A stretch of 64,000 nt of DNA from the NCBI RefSeq assembly GCF_001194135.2, contig NC_068983.1:118835519-118899518 (forward strand), given 5' to 3'. The notes under the pieces are model-generated. The model made no database searches. It saw only the letters and a list, made by a program, of their open reading frames with translations, and was not told the origin of the DNA. How positions within the stretch are numbered: the stretch's first letter is position 1; each line of letters starts with the position of its first letter. This DNA comes from Octopus bimaculoides (Eukaryota). Position numbers and translations under genes: made by a program. Positions 1 through 12,342 of the stretch are shown here, piece by piece.

Positions 1-129
1 TTTATTATAGCTTAAGAGAGAGAAAGAGAGACAGACAGACAGACAGATAGAAAGAGAGAGGAAGATAGAGAGAAAACTGTGAGAGAGGAAGAAAGGGATT
101 TGAAGGGAACTGAGATCGTTTTGTCTGCA

Positions 130-620
130 GGTTTGTAAATGCTTTGGCTTTGTTTATCGAGTAAACTGAAAGTGCTGAATGACGCTGAGATTGAAGGTAT
201 CTGGTGTATTGTAAAACGCTTTGTTTTCTACAACTTAAACAACTCATGCCCTCTATCGAAGGTCCATGAAGAGCGGAGCGGTCCTGTATGACACTCTGAG
301 GAATTATGGATCCTTTCCATAACTTTTTGTGCTAGCTTGTGATAGGGTCTACCGGCATAATATTACCCTCAAATTGATGTACCCGAGATACGAACAGATC
401 GACAGATTCGTTTAGTGTCTGCGTACCGCTGACGTATGGAATTTTGTTCAACAACTATTATCGAAACTACATCTGTCTAGTGACTATAAGTAAAAAAGGG
501 ACTGTGGTATCCGAGCTGTGAAACAGCTGTTGATAAGGCTTTTCATCTTCAACAAAATTATCTTTAAGAATAAGTTGAAGCGGAAAGAGAGGTGGAACAA
601 GAAGTTCAACCTACCGATAA
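130..620 (+). mobile_element. Old, highly degenerate 3' fragment of a Tx1/L1-clade LINE ORF2
   Basis: Manual translation gives DRVYRHN...YPRYEQIDRFV*CLRTADVWNFVQQLLSKLH and LIRLFIFNKIIFKNKLKRKER. These parallel the decayed CCHC knuckle and C-terminus of the Tx1 copies at ~5330-5600 and ~45300-45780. Confidence 0.55.
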
Positions 621-780
621 ATTTCAAGAAATTTGTGCGAGAGCAGTTAGTTCAATGCTGATAAAAGCGCTAACTCTTCATTTTCTCCCAGTGACTGATG
701 TTGTCAGAGAAGAAAAGTTTGTAAGGTGCTTATGGAAGTTGATCTTTCCTGACTTGTCAATACTCCACTGCGGACAGATT

Positions 781-814
<34 letters not shown>

Positions 815-852
815 GTTGTTCTTCTTCTTCTTCTTCTTCTTCTTCTTCTTCT

Positions 853-899
<47 letters not shown>

Positions 900-1529
900 T
901 TCTTCTTCTTCTTCTTCTTCTTNNNNNNNNNNNNNNNNNNNNNNNNNNNNNNNNNNNNNNNNNNNNNNNNNNNNNNNNNNNNNNNNNNNNNNNNNNNNNN
1001 NNNNNNNNNNNNNNNNNNNNNNNNNNNNNNNNNNNNNNNNNNNNNNNNNNNNNNNNNNNNNNNNNNNNNNNNNNNNNNNNNNNNNNNNNNNNNNNNNNNN
1101 NNNNNNNNNNNNNNNNNNNNNNNNNNNNNNNNNNNNNNNNNNNNNNNNNNNNNNNNNNNNNNNNNNNNNNNNNNNNNNNNNNNNNNNNNNNNNNNNNNNN
1201 NNNNNNNNNNNNNNNNNNNNNNNNNNNNNNNNNNNNNNNNNNNNNNNNNNNNNNNNNNNNNNNNNNNNNNNNNNNNNNNNNNNNNNNNNNNNNNNNNNNN
1301 NNNNNNNNNNNNNNNNNNNNNNNNNNNNNNNNNNNNNNNNNNNNNNNNNNNNNNNNNNNNNNNNNNNNNNNNNNNNNNNNNNNNNNNNNNNNNNNNNNNN
1401 NNNNNNNNNNNNNNNNNNNNNNNNNNNNNNNNNNNNNNNNNNNNNNNNNNNNNNNNNNNNNNNNNNNNNNNNNNNNNNNNNNNNNNNNNNNNNNNNNNNN
1501 NNNNNNNNNNNNNNNNNNNNNNNNNNNNN

Positions 1530-1561
<32 letters not shown>
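781..1561. repeat. Compound microsatellite (GTT)n-(CTT)n, gap, then (TAT)n
   Basis: Read directly; N-run 923-1530. Confidence 0.95.
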
Positions 1562-2141
1562 TGTAAAGAAAAAAGTTTTGAATGGTACAACAATGCACTA
1601 TAATACAAAACATGGACTATATACTTGTTGTAATTTAGTTATCTATAGTCCGATGATATTTCGGAATACAATTCCTTCTTCAGATCTTCTTAGATGGAGT
1701 CTCTGCTATCAACTGTTTACTAACGGCTTTTCTTTTCTTTTCCCGGAAGTGTCGCAGTAGTAGTCCTACGAAGCTCCTTCCGGAATTCCTCATGAGAAGT
1801 GCGTGAGGTCGGCTATGCTTCAGTCTCGTGTGTGTTGGTATATCTGTAGCGCTGCTTCTAAGTTATGTGTTATACGTGCAGCTTCTCTTTTTTTTTGTTA
1901 TAAACAATACATGAGCATGTTATTAAGAATGAACCTACACACGTTCAGATGTAGCTAAATAATGTATTGATTACCAATCTCCAGCCTGTTGTTAATTTGG
2001 GGTCCTAGTCTGTGTATGAGTAATACATCCTTAAGGAAGCATTACTCATACACAGACTAGGACCCCAAATTAAGAGCACCAGAAATCTTTTGAGCGGTGT
2101 TCTGTGCTTATATTGCCCGGGAAAGAAAAATATTTTTCCTT

Positions 2142-2180
<39 letters not shown>

Positions 2181-2182
<2 letters not shown>

Positions 2183-5100
2183 AACGTGTCAGAAAAAGTG
2201 CAATTATCAAAGAATGCCAAGATAATATTTCTAAACACGCCGAAGGAAATATAAGATGTTTATTGCGTGCATTACATAAAAAAAACAGGTGACTGCAGCG
2301 AACGCGCAGGCCCAAATCGAGAAAGGCTTGGGAGACGCTTTGGTACAGCTGAGGTGAGATTCCCAACTGAAAAATAAGCCAAAGGCAGTGCAATAAACAA
2401 CAACTGTAAAAAGTGAAGAATTTTTGCAAATTCCGCCATACCTCGGTCGGAGGATGGTTAGAAACAAGGTAGCTGAAGTGGACATCTCTTCGCTGGTACG
2501 GCATAAAAAAAAGAAAGAACAATTCTCCAAGTGCACAAAATGAGAAACGAAAATTGGTCGGGTACGAGAATAGAATTATTAATACCCGACGATTGGATAA
2601 GTATCGAAGCCATCCCTAGTTATTTGATGCAGTCGTGGTCAGGAAGCCGAGATGTCACATTTATGGCGAGACAAATCACTTAAAGGCTTTCTATCCTATG
2701 CAAAGAAAAGGAAAACCCCTGCTGCTGCTGCAGACACCTCAAACATAACAACATCAGTATCAAAAACAACAGCAGCAGCACCAACAGCAACAACAACTGC
2801 AGAAAAAGCAGCTGGAAAGATCCTTGCAACAACATCAGTAGCATGCGCCAGTACTACACCCGAGAAAAGCAATAACATCACCTGCACTATCGCAACAGGA
2901 AAAGTCTCATTCACACCAGTCTTTCAGATCCCCAGCTTTAAAATGCGTGACTGTGCAGACATACCTCTCCCCGCTGCCACAAAAATTTCTTCGACAAAAT
3001 GAAATGCAAGACTAAAGACGAAGAGATTAGAGGAGGAGACACGAGAACCAAGAAAGTATTACACACCTACACTCTCTCCACCAACACAATTACCAACACC
3101 TCTAGTACTACAGACACCATCAACATTACAAACACCTCAACAAAGAAAGCATAGCAATCCAGAAAACAATAAACAATATATAATACATCGCACCCCCGCA
3201 TAACGCTCCTATTAACATAACAATTTTAGAAACAACGCAACAAACTTACAACAAACTATCTCAAGGAAAATATCTAAAGCAAAATATCCCAAAGAAATAG
3301 ATTTCTGCAGGACCATAAAAGAAATGCTTGTGGAAATACCCACAAATTGCCAGAAGGACAGAACATCTGTCTCTACACAGAAATTGGGTGATTCTCTTCA
3401 CTTTCCTTCTCTCTGAGAAACATCGCCTTGTTCAGAATAGGCAGTATAAATGCACGCGACCTGGGGTCGCCATAGAAACAGGATCACCTACTGAACGATC
3501 TCAGGTCACTAAGAATAAATGTCATGGCTATCAGTGAGATCAGACTTTCCAATCGACAAGCTTCCATGCCCATTTTCGGTGACTACAAGATTTACTTATT
3601 TCTATATCAGTCAGAAATGGAGGGTGGTGGAACTGCAATGTTGTTCTGGAAAAGTCTGCATTTCAAGAAGGCAAGTAGGTGGTCCTGCATGTGAACAGTT
3701 GCGATGGGAGTGTTTTCAGACTGATGGCTGTTTATGCTTCGTCAGAGGCAGCACAACTGGATTTCTTCAGACGTCAGGAGGTTTTTCTGGGAACGTCTCC
3801 ATCTTTAGTGCTAATGGATGATTGGAACGCTATCTTGGGCACCGTTTAAATTTGGTGGAGTTGGCTGTTAGAAGAGCGCGTTCAAAAGCCTCGCACACTT
3901 GCTCAGACATTTTCAACTATCTGACAGATACCGACTGAATTTTTCCAATGTGTCAGTATGAATATGAATGAACTGCATTAGGTTATCTAGGCTGTATCTA
4001 GATAAGGTATACAGTAAACCGTTAGTTAAAGATAGTATAAGTTGTCCACTTTTTAAAATCGTCGTTTACACAGACCACAAAATCGTGATCTGCATGGTTG
4101 ACCTAGATGAGCGTTGTAAGCTGAGGTCCGTCTACTGGAAGCTGAACGCATCACTCCCGGCGTGCCAAGTTTACTTTGGCTAAAGTGTAAGCGAACAGGT
4201 TGGCGCTTGTCGTCGAAGAATTGAATGTTGATGCGAAAATATGCGCCATCCCAAGGAGATCTATGATAAACTCTGATTCCTGCGGTATATCATAGACAGT
4301 GTGCACAAAGAAGCTACCATAGGTACAGCCCTGATCAATTTTGATCAACCAAAAGCCTTCAATAGAGCTGACCAACAATACTTGGCGGCCTTTTCGGTTT
4401 CGGTCCTGTTTTCTGAGGCTAGATTACTGCAATGTACAGCGATATCTGCGATATCTGTTCAGGTAAATAGTTACTTATCGGGACCTTTCAGCATCATGCA
4501 GTCGGACCGTCAATGGTACCCCCTTTCGTCTCTTCTGTATGTACTGGCTCTAGAGCCAATACTACGCAAATTGGAGTGTTGAGAGGTACCCATGGGAGAC
4601 CGTGTCGGTATATGCGGACGACGTCACCGTCATAAAGTCGAACATCAGGCACATAGACCTGGTCGGCACTGCTCTAAAAAATACGGGGCAGTGACAGGAG
4701 CAAAAATTAACCAAGTAAAGGCAGTGGGCCAGTAGCTTGGTGCCTGGAAATGCCGACCAATAATATCATGGGATGCTAGGTGGAGGGCCCCGGTTAAATT
4801 GCTTGGGGGTCTGGTTTAGTTTGAATCTCCAGATGGAGAAGAGCTGGGATGATGTGATGAGCAAGGTGGACAATTTCGCCCGGAAATGGGCCAAGAGAAA
4901 GCTATCTCTGAAAGGTCGGACAGAGGTGGCGAAGGCATAACATCGCCTCCATCATACCTGACCGTCGTACCATGCTCCAGTTTACGTCTGGCCAAACTGG
5001 AGAGTATACCCTTTCGCTTTCTTTGGATGAGACGCGTACTATTGGTCAAGTACTCCATTTGTTGTCAACCCCGCTGAATGGAGGACTGGGCATGCTGTGG

Positions 5101-5917
5101 CTACTGATGCACAGAAATGCGCTGAAGCTACGACATCTCCAACGCTTTCTTGATGGTGAGCAAGTGTGGTTACCGTTTAACAGACTTGCTCTGCTGCAGC
5201 TGGTCTCTTTGACTGAGCTACAATCCTGGATCAAGAGTAAACTGAAACAGGACACCTGGCACCTAGAGTATCATCAGGTGCTCACTATCCTTTGTCAGAC
5301 GGGTAATGCGGTTGGTGGAAGTTCTGACACGTGGGTTTATGTCAAGCGCCTATTGTCACGTGCAGGACGGATCAGGCTATCGATTGAGTCCGTTGTGAAG
5401 ATCCTCCCGCCGTCTTCCTTTGGTCGGAAATGGAAGGAAGTGTTTATTTGTCTGGTCGCTTTTGCGAAAGAGGTTGTGTGATGGACCAAATTGAAAGTGC
5501 TGAAGATAGATACTCTCCTCTTTGGCCAAGCCCTCGTCAGCTTCTTCAAGTTTTACTTGAAAAGGAAAGTGAGGGTAGAGAGGGAGGTGCTGCCTCCCAG
5601 CAATTCTATTGGAAGGTGGGTGACTGTGGTGAGAGTAGTCCAAGCGAACGAGCACTCGCTAAGCATACGTCTCTAGATTGAAGAAAGACGATGTGGAGAA
5701 GGCACTTGCCCTAGTGGTCAGGATGACTATAGTGTTGTGGAGTATAAACGAGCAGTTCAGGGAATTCACCTTCTTTTGGAGAATGTTTCGTTGTTAAAAT
5801 TTAAATTGTTATTGTTTTTTTCATACTATTTACATGCTTTATTGTATGTAACTCCACATTATATTGTCTTCTACTAACCTCAATATTTTTGTGATCCCTT
5901 AGTGGTAAATAAAAAAA
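2181..5917 (+). mobile_element. Tx1/L1-clade LINE, internally deleted and pseudogenised (ORF1 + APE endonuclease + RT)
   Basis: ORF1 has a decayed gag knuckle KPRCHIYGETNHLKAFYP (~2645-2698) then a T/A-rich tract. EN motifs: AISEIRL (~3527), LVLMDDWNAIL (~3810), LYLDKVY, YTDHKIV, YWKLNASL. RT motifs: LINFDQPKAFNRAD, RQWYPLSSLLYVLALEP, VSVYADDVTV (~4605-4635). C-terminus FFKFYLKRKVRVERE. Followed by AATAAA and a (TTA)n/(GTT)n tail. Many stops and frameshifts. Confidence 0.9.
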
Positions 5918-6289
5918 TTATTATTATTATTATTATTATTGTTGTTGTTGTTGTTGTTGTTGTTGTTAGTAGTAGTAGTAGTGTTATACGTGACTTTCGT
6001 CGTGAACGGACGCTTTTTACAGAATTCTTACAAAGATAAGAATTCGCCCTGTATGACCTAACATAAAAGATGCTTTTGTTCTTGTTTTCACTTTGGAAAA
6101 TTAATAAAAGGTTTTCAGATTGATCTAGGCTCTTCCTCTTTCCGGTGGAAAGAAAGATTAATCTTTGACATTGTTTTTAAGTTGTGTATATTTCCGTTAA
6201 GCAACATTTTGTATTGTTAGTTGTATTCCAGAATAGTTATATCAGCGGCAGTGCCACGTGGATATTTTTCCTCTCCTTATTACTAGAAC

Positions 6290-7027
6290 TGCACATTTAT
6301 CTATTCTAACCTCCATACCAATCGCATTACTCACAACTCTAACTGTCTCGACCAAGGAATACAAAGCTTTCTAACTTTGGTAAATAATTTCATGTCATCC
6401 ATAAACAAGAGATGGTTTATTTTCTCACCCCTGCTAAATACGTGAAATGATTTAGCTTTTCGCATGAGAGGGATAAGAGCCACCTCGAATAGTAGTGGTG
6501 AGAGTGATCTTTGGAATATTTTTTTCCACTCTAGGCACAAGGCCTGAAATTTTGAGGGAGGGAGCCAGTCGATTACATCGACTCCAGTACGAAACTGGTA
6601 CTTAATTTATCGATCCCGAAAGGATGAATGCCAAAGTCGACCTCACCGGAATTTGAACTCAGAACATAAAGACAGACGAAACACCGCTAAGCATTTCGCC
6701 CGGCCTGCTAACGTTTCTGCCAGCTCACCGCCTTATCACTTTGGAATATTACCTTACTAATGCTGGCTTCATCTAACTTACCTTGACCTGATGATAGTAC
6801 GGTTCTCCATTTTGACATACTGTTTTGTAAGAGCTAGACGATATTCTTAGCTATCTCAAATATAATGAAGCATCCTAGGATGGATGAGTGTGGCACACTC
6901 CTATATGCCTCTTCCTTCTTTTGAGGTTGCAGAAGACTTGATCTATACATCATAGGTCATTTGTCCTTTCAGAATATTTTCTATCTCTTCTTTGTTCTTC
7001 TGGCAGTAGATCTCCTTCCTCAAAATA

Positions 7028-7030
<3 letters not shown>
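6290..7030 (-). mobile_element. R4/Dong-clade non-LTR retrotransposon RT fragment, split by a SINE
   Basis: Minus-strand translation: LLPEEQRRDRKYSERTND, KAYRSVPHSSILGC, SISKVIFQSD / SLSPLLF, INHLLFMDDMKLF. This matches the FMDD-type RT of REL-bearing R4-clade elements. Confidence 0.85.
6521..6735 (-). mobile_element. tRNA-derived SINE family 1 (AAGGCGGYGAGCTGGCAG head, ~215 bp) with TSD
   Basis: A-box-like TGGCAGAAACGTTAG and B-box GAGTTCAAATT. 12-bp TSD CTTTGGAATATT at 6509-6520 and 6739-6750 duplicates R4 coding sequence. Confidence 0.9.
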
Positions 7031-7062
<32 letters not shown>

Positions 7063-7556
7063 NNNNNNNNNNNNNNNNNNNNNNNNNNNNNNNNNNNNNN
7101 NNNNNNNNNNNNNNNNNNNNNNNNNNNNNNNNNNNNNNNNNNNNNNNNNNNNNNNNNNNNNNNNNNNNNNNNNNNNNNNNNNNNNNNNNNNNNNNNNNNN
7201 NNNNNNNNNNNNNNNNNNNNNNNNNNNNNNNNNNNNNNNNNNNNNNNNNNNNNNNNNNNNNNNNNNNNNNNNNNNNNNNNNNNNNNNNNNNNNNNNNNNN
7301 NNNNNNNNNNNNNNNNNNNNNNNNNNNNNNNNNNNNNNNNNNNNNNNNNNNNNNNNNNNNNNNNNNNNNNNNNNNNNNNNNNNNNNNNNNNNNNNNNNNN
7401 NNNNNNNNNNNNNNNNNNATATATATTCTTTGCAATAACATCTATTTGCAACTTCCACATCAGCGGAAGGCGTTTTTTGTCAGTAATTATTCAATAATAT
7501 TTCCATTCTTTCGATCTTTCACAAACCTTGTACCAAAATTTGAAGCCACTATTACT

Positions 7557-8265
7557 AAGGCGGCCAGCTGGAAGAATCGTTAACGCGCTGGACAAAGTGC
7601 TTAGCAGTATTTCACCCGTTTGCTACGTTCTGAGTTCAAATTCTGCCGAGGTCGATTTTACTATTCATCCTTTTCGGGTCGATAAAATAAGTATCAGTTG
7701 AACATTGGGGGTCGATGTAAACAACACATTGCCTCCCCCAAAATGGCTGTCCTTGTGGCGAAATTTGAAACCATTATTATTATTTTTAAGGTGGCGAGCT
7801 AGGAGAATCATTAGCATGCCGGGCGAAATGCTTAGCGATATTTTGTCCGAGCCTGTGCTCTGAGTTGAAATACCGCCGGGGTCGATAAATTAAGCACCAG
7901 TTACGCACTAAAGTCAATGTAATCGACTAGTCCCCGCCCCCAAATTTCAGGCCTTGTGCCTATAGAAGAAAAGATCATTGTTATTATTAAGGCGGCGAGC
8001 TGGCAAGATCGCTCGCACGCCAGGCGAAATGCACAGCAGAATTTCGTCTGGCTTCGCGCTCTGAGTACAAATGCCGCCGGGGTCGACTTTGTCGTTTATC
8101 TTTGGTCGATAAAACCAGTATCATTTGAATACTGATGTAATTGACTTATCTTCCTACAACCGAAAAAGAAAATTTTAGGGTTTGTGCCTATAGCAGAAAG
8201 GATTATTATTATTATTAAGGTGACATACTAGGAGAATTGCTAGCATGCCGGGCAAAATGCTTACT
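7557..8265 (+). mobile_element. Head-to-tail chain of SINE family 1 copies (3 full + 1 partial)
   Basis: Heads at ~7557, 7788, 7989 and 8217, each preceded by (ATT)n and TAAGG. A further tail remnant lies at ~7526-7555. Confidence 0.88.
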
Positions 8266-8775
8266 TGGTTATTTCTTACAGAGAAAAAGTTACAGAGGCA
8301 ACATTCTGTGAAGCAAAAATTGAGTGTTGTGGTTAGTAGGGTCTAAGGGACTGGACAAAACAAGAGGGGAGGATACAAGAAGATGGTATGATCCCAGCCA
8401 TCTCCGAGGAGTAGAAGTCATTATAATAGTTTGAGAAAAGGTTGAGGGAAAGACAATAGGTCTGTGGCTCAGATTTTGGAATGCGTTTAAGATACTTGAT
8501 GACAGTCAGTCGGATGTGTGAGCAGCAGTAGTACCATTTTAGACGCTGGAACATGCTTCATTATAGGACTCAACTGAATTGATTGAAATTCAAGTCATTT
8601 TAGGCATTGTTTAAGTTGGTAAAGTAAATTCGTTTCACTCGAGAACTGAACTCAAATCGAAAACTCGGTCTTTAACCATTATTGCACTTGTTATCCTTTC
8701 AAGCAAAGCGCTTCAAGGAAAAAGCACGAAGCAAAAGATACAGCCTTGCTTTGAATTTCCTTCGGACCTATCACT

Positions 8776-8987
<212 letters not shown>

Positions 8988-9157
8988 CCAGTAGTTTTAT
9001 TTTTATAGCGTGCTTTCACTTCACTACCGAGCGCAACTCTGTGTGCCTTGAGTATGTGCTGTGGCTTGCTGTGATGCTCTTATGGTTACTGTATTGAAAG
9101 TGTTTTGCGTAGGATGCGTGAAGTGCCCAGTAGTGCAATTTTCTGTATGTTATACAT

Positions 9158-9320
9158 AACGCAGCTGGCAAAAGCGTTAACACGCCAGAGAGAAAGCTTA
9201 GCTGCATTTCGTCTGTCTTTACGTTCTGAGTTTACATTCTGCCGAGGTCGACTTTCGGGTCGATAAAATAAGTACCAATTGAATACTGGGTTCGATGTAA
9301 TCGACTTACCTCTACCCTGA
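9158..9320 (+). mobile_element. SINE family 1, degraded
   Basis: GCAGCTGGCAAAAGCGTTAAC...TTACGTTCTGAGTTTAC...GTCGATAAAATAAGTACC. Confidence 0.8.
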
Positions 9321-11458
9321 AGTTACTGAGTCCTCGAATCATTATATAAAGAAGAAAAAATCAAAGAGTAAGTGATCAGACACCTATAAATTAATTGTGC
9401 TGTTCTAGGGAAAAGCGTGAATACAATCCATTTCCATACCTACAAAATATATAGGCATTTTCATTGACTAAAAACAATATTCCTATATCTATTTAAAATT
9501 TAAGTTACCAAATATACTTTCACAGAAGCATTTTTGACAAATATTTAAACCACAACTTAAGTCTATAATTTCTGTTATTCTTTTAAAACATTTATATTTT
9601 CTTTAATGTACTTTTTACAACTTCATTTGACGTCAATGTACAACTTTGTATGACTTCTTGTGACGTCAATTTATATATAAATATAATTTCTGAAATATTT
9701 TGGAAGCCATAGAAAGGTAAACTGTAATACGCATGTAAGAAATTTGATGGTGATTAACTTCCCTGACAGAATATTTTATACCACCATGATGCAGCTACGT
9801 TCAAGAAGGCTTATCAGAACCACTGACTTGTCGGTTGATTGTTCAGTACTATGTGGATCCAGACAGACATCTCCAGGTCTCTTTATATTGGACAAAAGCA
9901 ATGGTTCTAAGGTTAAGAAGTGCGCTTCGCATTCATGCAGTTTCAGGCTCCATACGACAGTGGTTCACCTTGAGAAAGTGTTCTCTACTTTAGCTTCGGA
10001 TTAATTAATACCTATGGAATTTGGTAAACGGAAACTCACTGTATGTGAACACACACACATAAACGCACATACAGACACACAGACACACACAGATTTTACT
10101 TGTAAGATTAGAAAAGAGCAAAGCTGCGTCTAGACTCATCAGTCGCCCCTCCCCACTAATGAATGTGTTGTTAAGAATTTGTAATGTATCATAACGAAAA
10201 GAGATTACTGGGCGTCGCATGTGTGTGTGTGTGTGTGCGTGTGCGTGTGCGTGTGCGTGCATGCGCGTGCGCCAGTGTGTGTGTGTATTGCTGCAGTTTA
10301 CAGACTGAATGTTTCAGTAATGAAATTCCGGTTTTGCTAATTAGCCGATGTGTCTCGGCGGAGGATGTAAATATCGCGCCCCAACCAATACGAAAACGGT
10401 AAATAAAATAATAAAATAAGAAACGGTATTTCACAAATGAAGTTCCGTGAGTTGTTTAGTCTTCGTCGAGTTACGAAAATCCCCCATTGTCATTCTTGCC
10501 ATCATAAAATGCAGGAACTAACGATTGACCTGTTAAAACTTGTAATCAACGACGCTATTCTTCATTAATCGTGATACAAACGGCTAAATATACATAGGAA
10601 TATTTTTTTTAGAAGACAAGGAATAACATTACTAATATACTTTAATAATGTAAGTGAAAGGGATTTTTAGTTCAACCAAGGAACAAATTTTATGAAAACC
10701 CATAGTTTTACCTCCTGTTAAAAAGCATATTGAACGTCAATTTTAGTTCTAAGATTAATTCATTTTGATACAAGAGGTACAAGGCTTTATATATATATAT
10801 ATATATATATATATNNNNNNNNNNNNNNNNNNNNNNNNNNNNNNNNNNNNNNNNNNNNNNNNNNNNNNNNNNNNNNNNNNNNNNNNNNNNNNNNNNNNNN
10901 NNNNNNNNNNNNNNNNNNNNNNNNNNNNNNNNNNNNNNNNNNNNNNNNNNNNNNNNNNNNNNNNNNNNNNNNNNNNNNNNNNNNNNNNNNNNNNNNNNNN
11001 NNNNNNNNNNNNNNNNNNNNNNNNNNNNNNNNNNNNNNNNNNNNNNNNNNNNNNNNNNNNNNNNNNNNNNNNNNNNNNNNNNNNNNNNNNNNNNNNNNNN
11101 NNNNNNNNNNNNNNNNNNNNNNNNNNNNNNNNNNNNNNNNNNNNNNNNNNNNNNNNNNNNNNNNNNNNNNNNNNNNNNNNNNNNNNNNNNNNNNNNNNNN
11201 NNNNNNNNNNNNNNNNNNNNNNNNNNNNNNNNNNNNNNNNNNNNNNNNNNNNNNNNNNNNNNNNNNNNNNNNNNNNNNNNNNNNNNNNNNNNNNNNTTTG
11301 TAGACGTAAACTGCTTATACGACGACGTTTTGCAACGTACTTGTTCTTCAGTAAACTGGCAGAGTGTGATAGGAAGATTTTCCTAGCAGGCCGAACGTCG
11401 GCGTGGAAACTATCTCATTAGCTCAGAGATGAGAAACTACAATGTGGTTGTTGAATTC

Positions 11459-12342
11459 TCTATAAATACATAAAACTCAGCATGTGTGTATGTGTGTGTG
11501 TGTGTGTGTGTAAACTCGCATAACTTTTGAACTTTGTAACTGATTTTCTTCAGACTGGGATCATACATTACTTATGTTCCGGAGATGATTTTAGACTCTT
11601 AAACTTTTTCACATAATGAATAATGGGGCCTCTGAGGCCAGAAAACCCCCTTTCCTGGGATAAGTACGACTACTGTGAAGAGAGGTAACTCTTTGCGAAG
11701 TAACTTTTCTTAAAATTTGCAAAAATATTGATATTATTTACCATTTTTATTGAGATTTCATTATTAACGTACAATTACCATCTTAGTTTATTACCTCATA
11801 TTTATTACCTCATAGCAGAGAAAGTAAAAAGAACAAATGAATCGTTACATGAGACTTCAATTAGACTATCACAAAATGCTACATGTACAGCTGCTGAAAA
11901 AGCAATGGAAAGCGATGAGCAGCGTAGTTTTCACCTGGCTAGGAATCCTACATTAACAGCTTCAGCCAAGCCCGCTTACCATGTCATTTCTTTCATGTGG
12001 ATTTCTCTCATGTGGTATTGATGAGCGCGCCCACAGGCTTAATTTATCGCTGATAGTTCAGCGGGATAGCGACAGCGCCGACAGCCGCAATGAGAGTATA
12101 TCCACTAAGAGCTTTTTAGTGCATTCAAAAATCACACCCCACCCACTTTTCCATGACAAGTTTAGGGCCTGGAATCTTCCAAACAGACGCACATGTTGCT
12201 TAGTCGAATTAGCCCTTCATCAACTCTGCAAATGTTTTGTCGTCAATGCTGCACTTCCCCGTATCACATGTTTCAACTGAACTGTACCATATATACAAAT
12301 TATGCCATTCAGATCCCGAGCAACGCTGGGTTTGTCTGCTAG
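11459..12342 (+). mobile_element. Non-autonomous Helitron-like element
   Basis: 3' end: GC-rich hairpin CCCGAGCAACGCTGGG (12315-12330), then CTAG (12339-12342) followed by T. Probable 5' end TCTATAAATACATAAAA plus (TG)n. The last ~110 bp recur at 40365-40485. The 5' boundary is approximate. Confidence 0.65.

Noticed and set aside
2143-2179. Poly-A run as the tail of a processed pseudogene
   Set aside because: No coding homology or TSD is recognisable upstream, so the source element cannot be identified.
2652-3002. 116-aa Thr/Ala-rich ORF resembling a mucin-like protein
   Set aside because: It lies directly after the gag knuckle within the Tx1 ORF1 and is best read as that ORF's low-complexity tail.
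11375-11405. Second Helitron end on the minus strand (GCCGACGTTCGGC then CTAG)
   Set aside because: The hairpin is only 3 nt from CTAG, there is no second copy in the window, and the adjacent sequence is lost in a gap.
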